A DNA stretch of 64,000 nucleotides from an uncultured Hyphomicrobiales bacterium (lineage in GTDB: Bacteria; Bacteroidota; Ignavibacteria; Kapaibacteriales; UBA2268). The stretch lies in the NCBI GenBank assembly GCA_964544155.1, contig CAZJAH010000005.1:13420-77419 (forward strand), read 5' to 3'. Made by a program: the position numbers and the translations under genes. A model generated the notes under the pieces. It was not told where the DNA came from. It searched no databases and worked only from the letters and a program-made list of their open reading frames with translations. This document shows positions 58,169 through 64,000 of the stretch, one piece after another (position 1 is the first letter of the stretch; the number at the start of each line of letters is the position of its first letter).

Positions 58169-59524
58169 ATGACAACTAAATCGGAAGCCGAAATATTAAT
58201 ATCTGATCCTAATGCTGAACATCGAAAGAAAGCTGCTGACAACATATTGAAAATGCGGGCTTTTGACGAAGCATCCATTAGCGCTTTGATCCTTGGCTTA
58301 TCTGACAGCGACCCGGGGGTTAGAGACAGTTGCGCAAGAGCATTATCAGTTCAGGATGCCGTTCACGCAGGAGAACGAGCCGCAGCAGCAGCTCCGTTAA
58401 TAGCCAATGATGAAATTGTGGTGCGCAATCTGGCCGGAGAAATTCTAATCAAGCTCGAAGCATCGGCCCATCCCAGCCTTATTCCGCTTTTAAAGCATCC
58501 AAACAAAGATGTCAGAAAGTACGCTTGCGATATATTGGGGATTACCGGCAACAGCTCAGTCAGTAATTATTTATACCCTCTTCTTGAAGATAATGATATA
58601 AATGTTGCCGCTTCGGCTGTTGAAGCATTAGGAAATACCGGATCTGAAAAAGCAGTAGATTTCTTAATAGATAAATACGAAAAGAATGAAGACCTAAAGC
58701 CATTCATAATCGAAGCAATAGGTAAAATCGGGGGTATTAACGCTCAGGCTTTTCTAATAGCCAAAATGAAAGAAGAAAAGGACAGGTTCCTGAATACCGC
58801 CTGCATAGACGCGCTTGCATACAGCGGCGAAGATATTTCGCTCAGCTGGCTGCTAATAGACGAATTAGAGAATACTCCCAAACAGCTTCAACCCGTTCTG
58901 CTTAAAACCATTTTTGCAATTGCTCACAGAACCCGCGGCAGTATCGAATTCCCCGTGAAATACAAACCTTTGGCAAGACAAGCAGCTAATGACGATGACC
59001 CTGAAATAATGGCGGCAGGCCTGATAGCCTTAGGTGACTGCTACGATATTGAAGACCTTCCCTATATCATTAAAATTCTGAACATTGATGATACTGATAT
59101 ACAGGAACATATATTTTACAGGCTCCTGGTGAATTCCGCCCCCGAAGTGATCAGAGAATTTATGGTTACATATTACAACAGTATCAGCACAGACGGGATA
59201 TTTCATGAATTCATAGCATTTTCTGTTTCGTATATGGACAAAGCGCCTGAGAAAAACATTGTAGAAGTAATTAATACAGCCTTAGATCTGAGTATAAGCG
59301 GCCCTCCGACTGATAAAAACAAAATCGCAGTTCTGCTATCCGGATATGGATCATTATTTACCAAGTCGTTAAAGGAAAAAATATTAATTTCAAAAATCGG
59401 CGATATTGAAGATATCATAGACTTTACAAAAGGCATCCCAAATGAAGGAATTATAAACGAGATACTGTCATTCAAAATAGAAAATCGGGAAATAAAAGAT
59501 AAACTCAGAAAAATCAGGAATTAG
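58169..59524 (+). CDS. HEAT-repeat protein (chemotaxis-associated)
   Basis: Repeated L-x-D...VR...A..AL motifs (LSDSDPGVR, LKHPNKDVR, LEDNDINV). Confidence 0.85.
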   Translation: MTTKSEAEILISDPNAEHRKKAADNILKMRAFDEASISALILGLSDSDPGVRDSCARALSVQDAVHAGERAAAAAPLIANDEIVVRNLAGEILIKLEASAHPSLIPLLKHPNKDVRKYACDILGITGNSSVSNYLYPLLEDNDINVAASAVEALGNTGSEKAVDFLIDKYEKNEDLKPFIIEAIGKIGGINAQAFLIAKMKEEKDRFLNTACIDALAYSGEDISLSWLLIDELENTPKQLQPVLLKTIFAIAHRTRGSIEFPVKYKPLARQAANDDDPEIMAAGLIALGDCYDIEDLPYIIKILNIDDTDIQEHIFYRLLVNSAPEVIREFMVTYYNSISTDGIFHEFIAFSVSYMDKAPEKNIVEVINTALDLSISGPPTDKNKIAVLLSGYGSLFTKSLKEKILISKIGDIEDIIDFTKGIPNEGIINEILSFKIENREIKDKLRKIRN

Positions 59525-59533
59525 CATATACTT

Positions 59534-60445
59534 ATGTCACAATTGTTTAAATTTGGCCCTAAAAAGCAGCCCCCGGCAAGCAGAATACCGCAGCCGGGAG
59601 TCCCTGACAGCAAGATGGAAATGGACGATGAGATATTTGCCCGACTCCGGGATACCATTTATAACCTGTGCGGGATTTACTACACCGAAAGCAAGAAATA
59701 CCTTCTCGAAGGCAGGATATTAAAAAGGATTGCCGCCCGCAACTTGAAATCTTTTGAGGATTACCTCAGCCTGCTTAATTCTCCTGCCGGCAGAACCGAA
59801 CTGAATGACCTCTTTGAAGCCATAACCATCAACGAGACATATTTTTTCAGGGCTCCGCAGCAGTTCACGGCTTTCGAAGAAGTTGTGGCTCCAGAGATCA
59901 TTGAAAACAAAAAGGGGCTGATTAAACCGGTTTTCAAAATTTGGAGCGCAGCCGCTTCTACCGGCGAGGAAGCCTATACCCTGGCTATCCTGATAAAGGA
60001 AAAACTTCAGCCTAAATTTCCTAATGTTACATTCCAGATATTTGGCAGCGATATTAATAATCAGGTTCTTGAAAAAGCTAAAACAGGAATTTACAAAGAA
60101 TACGCTATCAGGAACATGCCCCCTGAATATCTAAAAAAGTACTTCATCCAATCGGGAAATACTTACGCGCTTAAAGATGATATCAAAAGAATGGTAAAAT
60201 TTGCTAATTTAAATCTATATGATGAACATTCTGTCAGATCGTTAAATAACTGCGATATAATTTTTTGCGCCAACGTTCTTATTTATTTCGATATTCCGTC
60301 GAAACAAAAGGTAGTATCGAATCTTTATGATACATTAAACAAAGGCGGCTACTTATTCATAGGTTATTCGGAGTCGCTGCACGGGATAAGCAAAGCTTTT
60401 AAGCTTATTCATTTACCCAAAGCAATGGTATACAAAAAAGAATAA
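59534..60445 (+). CDS. cheR: Chemoreceptor methyltransferase CheR
   Basis: TINETYFFR, IWSAAASTGEEAY, GSDIN, DIIFCANVLIYFD, GGYLFIGYSE. Confidence 0.95.
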   Translation: MSQLFKFGPKKQPPASRIPQPGVPDSKMEMDDEIFARLRDTIYNLCGIYYTESKKYLLEGRILKRIAARNLKSFEDYLSLLNSPAGRTELNDLFEAITINETYFFRAPQQFTAFEEVVAPEIIENKKGLIKPVFKIWSAAASTGEEAYTLAILIKEKLQPKFPNVTFQIFGSDINNQVLEKAKTGIYKEYAIRNMPPEYLKKYFIQSGNTYALKDDIKRMVKFANLNLYDEHSVRSLNNCDIIFCANVLIYFDIPSKQKVVSNLYDTLNKGGYLFIGYSESLHGISKAFKLIHLPKAMVYKKE

Positions 60446-60468
60446 ATTAAACATAGAAGTGTTGTTAA

Positions 60469-60837
60469 ATGTCAAAAACAATATTGGTAGCTGAAGATTC
60501 CGCCTCTGTGCGGAAATTTATAACCCTTGCCTTAAAAATCAAAGGTATGAAGGTTATTACGGCTGTAGACGGAATGGAAGCCCTGGAACTTTTGCCAAAA
60601 GAAAGGATTGATCTTTTAATAACTGATCTCAATATGCCTAACATTGACGGCCTGAGATTAATTAAAGCAATCAGAAGCGACGCCCAGTATTCGGCGCTTC
60701 CAATTATTGTGTTGTCTTCATTATCTAAAGCCGAAGACGTTGATGCCGGGATCAAGGCTGGCGCCAATTCATATTTAATAAAACCTTTTAATACCAAAAG
60801 GATCCAATATGAAGTGGCTAAATACTTGGATATATAA
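60469..60837 (+). CDS. cheY: Single-domain response regulator (CheY-like)
   Basis: AEDS, ITDLNMPNIDG, LSS, IKPF. Confidence 0.85.
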   Translation: MSKTILVAEDSASVRKFITLALKIKGMKVITAVDGMEALELLPKERIDLLITDLNMPNIDGLRLIKAIRSDAQYSALPIIVLSSLSKAEDVDAGIKAGANSYLIKPFNTKRIQYEVAKYLDI

Positions 60838-60864
60838 TATTTGGAATTTTATAAAGGATTAGAA

Positions 60865-61239
60865 ATGCGTTTTCTTGTTGTTGATGATTCTCCTACTATG
60901 AGAAGAATTGTAATAAACGCCTTAAAATCTTTCGGACATACCGAAGTAGTGGAAGCAGGCGACGGACAGGAAGCTATTGATAAGCTCGCTGTTGAACCTG
61001 TGGATTTCGTTATTACCGATTGGAACATGCCGAATATGTCCGGGCTCGATCTTACCAAAAGTATAAGATCAAATGATAATTTAAAGCACCTGCCCATACT
61101 TATGGTCACTACACGGGGCCTTAAACAGGATATAATTGAAGCTTTAAAAGCAAAAGTAAATAATTATGTGGTCAAACCATTTACACCACAGGTTTTAAAG
61201 GAGAAAATTGAAGCCATTTTAAATGCAATAAAAAAATAA
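60865..61239 (+). CDS. cheY: Chemotaxis response regulator CheY
   Basis: MRFLVVDDSPTMRRIV, ITDWNMPNMSG, PILMVT, YVVKPFT: close to canonical motor-binding CheY; ATG at 60865. Confidence 0.92.
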   Translation: MRFLVVDDSPTMRRIVINALKSFGHTEVVEAGDGQEAIDKLAVEPVDFVITDWNMPNMSGLDLTKSIRSNDNLKHLPILMVTTRGLKQDIIEALKAKVNNYVVKPFTPQVLKEKIEAILNAIKK

Positions 61240-61256
61240 ACGGAGCCCGCTATAAC

Positions 61257-62414
61257 ATGAATAACAAAGATATATCAGCATTGCTGAAAAAAGCCGAAGA
61301 ACTTAAAGCCCTTTTCATTCTGGGGCAGAGAGTTATACCGTTTCTCGAAGAAATTTTTATGTTCGTTAACGAAATTCAGCCGCTTTTGGATGATATTAAT
61401 AAGTCTATCGAAGATAATTTATCCAGAATGCCAAATGCCTCAAAACAGCTTTCAAAAGTAACCGAAGCAACTGAACTTGCCACTACCGAAATCATGGATA
61501 TTGTGGACGGCATTGTGTACAAAAGCGAGGTGATATCCAATAACGTCAAAGATCTGTGCGAGCTTAATAATAACAAAAGTGAAGCCCCCCTTCAAATACT
61601 CGAGTTGCTCAATAAGGCAATTAAGCAGGATAGTAATATGAAGGAAATTCAGCCCCTGCTTAGTTCCGCCATAAAAAATTTGAAAGAAAAAAACAAAAAA
61701 GAGCAGGACCAACTTATTGAGAATACAGATGAGCTGCTTCATAGTATCAGCAATGACTCTCAGTCCATCATGATGTCGTTGCAGGTGCAGGATATTACTT
61801 CTCAACAGATTGCCGCAGTGAATAATCTGCTGGAAACTATACAGAATAAGCTGAAAACTATTTTGAGCCAGTTCAGAAATACTGAAATCGGCGATCTGGT
61901 CTCTAAAGATAAATACACTGAAAGAACAAATGTATCCAGACTACACAGAGAAATTGCTTTCGACCCCGAAGCTGTCGATTCTCTTACTTCCAAAGATATA
62001 AGGCAGGACCGTGTGGATGATTTCATGAAGCAGCATATTGAATCAGAAAATTCCGGTTCAGCTTCACAGGATGATATTGACGCCATTTTTGAATCAGGCG
62101 ATTCCGGAGAAGATCAGCCGCGCAAAGATACTGAAGAAAAGCAAAATGAAGAAATCTCTGAAGATGACATAAATGCTATGTTTGCAGGACAGGCAGGCGA
62201 AAAAGAAAAATCTTCCAAAGCAGAAAACATAGAAGATATAAGCACCGAAACAGAAGATTTGAACGAAGAAATATCTCCTGACGATATAGACGCCATGTTC
62301 GCAGGCGGCGCCGAAGAAGAAAGCTCAGAAGCTTCGCAGGATGATATCGATGCCATGTTCGAACAAATGAATGAATTAGACAGTAAAGATAGTGAAGAAA
62401 ACAACGATAAGTAA
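61257..62414 (+). CDS. cheZ: CheZ-like CheY phosphatase with an extended repetitive acidic tail
   Basis: VTEATELATTEIMD, IMMSLQVQDITSQQI (catalytic DxxxQ), repeated S-x-DDI-D/N-A-x-F. Confidence 0.85.
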   Translation: MNNKDISALLKKAEELKALFILGQRVIPFLEEIFMFVNEIQPLLDDINKSIEDNLSRMPNASKQLSKVTEATELATTEIMDIVDGIVYKSEVISNNVKDLCELNNNKSEAPLQILELLNKAIKQDSNMKEIQPLLSSAIKNLKEKNKKEQDQLIENTDELLHSISNDSQSIMMSLQVQDITSQQIAAVNNLLETIQNKLKTILSQFRNTEIGDLVSKDKYTERTNVSRLHREIAFDPEAVDSLTSKDIRQDRVDDFMKQHIESENSGSASQDDIDAIFESGDSGEDQPRKDTEEKQNEEISEDDINAMFAGQAGEKEKSSKAENIEDISTETEDLNEEISPDDIDAMFAGGAEEESSEASQDDIDAMFEQMNELDSKDSEENNDK

Positions 62415-62457
62415 AAGAAAATATTCTTTTATTCAATCATTCAAACGGATTTGAAAG

Positions 62458-64000
62458 ATGTCAGCATTTAACGATCCTGATATGCAGGAAATTTTTGAAG
62501 GCTATTTAATTGAAACTCAGGAACTGCTCGATACAGTTACACCTGATCTTATGCAAATGGAAGAAACTCCCGAGGATAAGGAACTTCTAAACAGAATTTT
62601 CCGCAGTTTCCATACTATAAAAGGCACATCATCATTCATGGGATTTGATCATATAGCCGGCCTGACCCACCACGCAGAGGATCTCCTCAATAAAATGCGC
62701 CGAAGCGAGATTGCAGTCAACAGGCACATAGTTGACGTTCTACTCGATGTTCAGGATCAGATACAGCTGATGATCGATAATCTCAGGGAAGGCGATGATG
62801 CCGCCCCAGACCACTCACAATTGATTGAAACGCTAAACAAATTAAGTAGAGGTGAACAGACAGCAGATTCAGGTGAAGAAAAACACGAAGCAGACAGCAT
62901 TACCGGAGAAACTGATGATAAGACTGAAGAAAAGGCTCTGCCTGGCGAAAGCGCTGTGGATAAAGTACTTTCGAATGAAGCTATTGCTGCCGGCACAGGC
63001 GATTTCAGCGAGGACGAACTTGATTTGCTTCAACAGGCATTCGCCGAAGTGAATGCATCATTTTCCAGCGATAGCTCAAGCAGAGGTACACCCGCTTCTG
63101 AAGAACCGTATCAAGAAGTAAAAAAGACAATCCCAATTGACAGCTCCGAAAAATCCGGGCAACAAACATCAAGCGCGGAAAGTCAGGAATCCGAAATAAA
63201 AGACGGCTCTGCTCATGACAAGGCCTCACCCCAGGTTCATGAAGCCGCGAAAGGCAAAAAACCAAAGATAAGCTCCGAAACAATAAGAATAGATGTCGCC
63301 AGAGTTGAATCACTGATGGACCTCTCTGGTGAGCTCGTACTCGGAAGGAACAGGCTTGCACAGCTAACCGAGCAGCTAGAAGAAGATAATTCCAACAGGG
63401 ATGTAGTCCGTGAGCTTATTGAAAATACCGCCCAGATAGATTTCGTTACATCGGAAATCCAGGCCGCCGTGATGAGAATGCGTATGGTGCCTGTAGGAAA
63501 GCTCTACCAGAAAGCACCCAGGATAGTTCGCGATCTTTCAAAAGAATTCAAAAAAAATATCAGGCTCGTAGTAAAAGGCGAAGAAACAGAAATCGACAGA
63601 GGCATAATCGAAGAACTGAACGACCCTTTGGTGCACATGATACGAAATTCCTGTGACCACGGAATTGAATCGCCCGAAGAACGCAAAGCCAAAGGCAAGC
63701 CCGAGCAAGGCACGGTAACTCTTGATGCCGACCAGGAAGGTAATAACATTGTTCTAAAAATAAGCGATGACGGCAAGGGTATGGACCCTGAAAAGCTCAG
63801 ACAAAAAGCTATCGAGAAAGGCATCATAACTAAGGATCAGGCAGGTCAGATGTCCGACCGCGAGGCTTATCAGCTAATATTCATGCCCGGATTCAGTACA
63901 GCCGCCCAGGTATCCAATGTATCAGGCAGAGGCGTGGGCATGGACGTTGTACGCACTAATATACAGCACCTGAAAGGTATGATAGATATCGAATCGGGTA
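62458..64000 (+). CDS. cheA: Chemotaxis histidine kinase CheA; runs off the window end
   Basis: Manual translation from ATG 62458: Hpt IFRSFHTIKG, TIRIDV...LMDLSGELV, MRMRMVP, DPLVHMIRNSCDHGIE, DDGKG, IFMPGFSTA, SGRGVGMDVV. Absent from the ORF track because no stop codon lies in the window. Confidence 0.96.
   Translation, partial: MSAFNDPDMQEIFEGYLIETQELLDTVTPDLMQMEETPEDKELLNRIFRSFHTIKGTSSFMGFDHIAGLTHHAEDLLNKMRRSEIAVNRHIVDVLLDVQDQIQLMIDNLREGDDAAPDHSQLIETLNKLSRGEQTADSGEEKHEADSITGETDDKTEEKALPGESAVDKVLSNEAIAAGTGDFSEDELDLLQQAFAEVNASFSSDSSSRGTPASEEPYQEVKKTIPIDSSEKSGQQTSSAESQESEIKDGSAHDKASPQVHEAAKGKKPKISSETIRIDVARVESLMDLSGELVLGRNRLAQLTEQLEEDNSNRDVVRELIENTAQIDFVTSEIQAAVMRMRMVPVGKLYQKAPRIVRDLSKEFKKNIRLVVKGEETEIDRGIIEELNDPLVHMIRNSCDHGIESPEERKAKGKPEQGTVTLDADQEGNNIVLKISDDGKGMDPEKLRQKAIEKGIITKDQAGQMSDREAYQLIFMPGFSTAAQVSNVSGRGVGMDVVRTNIQHLKGMIDIESG

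Overview
Chromosomal window from an FCB-group bacterium, most likely Ignavibacteria/Kapabacteria-like. This is inferred from Bacteroidota-type TAnnTTTG promoter elements, a T9SS cargo protein and a SprE/PorW-like lipoprotein alongside a cheRYYZA operon. No prophage, IS, integrase or CRISPR array was seen. Contents in order: (1) a GNAT / ornithine-racemase-like / M20 amidohydrolase / Alr / Na+:solute symporter operon; (2) a MacAB-TolC-like exporter lacking its ATPase; (3) an inositol gene cluster (NTP transferase, ATP-grasp protein, CDP-alcohol phosphotransferase, flippase-like protein, HAD, MIPS) whose ATP-grasp protein carries ITPK1-type inositol phosphate kinase motifs; (4) tRNA-Thr(CGT); (5) a metal island with a His-rich RAPP-motif upstream ORF, TonB receptor, FeoA-FeoB fusion, DtxR/MntR and a CDF transporter, three TTTAG-N6-CTAAA boxes, and a divergent minimal SufC/SufB (SmsCB) pair; (6) an ECF sigma with an envelope-spanning anti-sigma/beta-barrel partner; (7) assorted single genes, including a Tat-exported SOD and a LeuT-like transporter with an unannotated MetS-like peptide; (8) sdhCAB; (9) a PAS kinase plus sigma54 activator, then a chemotaxis operon whose CheZ has a multiplied CheY-binding tail. 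All calls come from reading motifs by eye; no searches were run.
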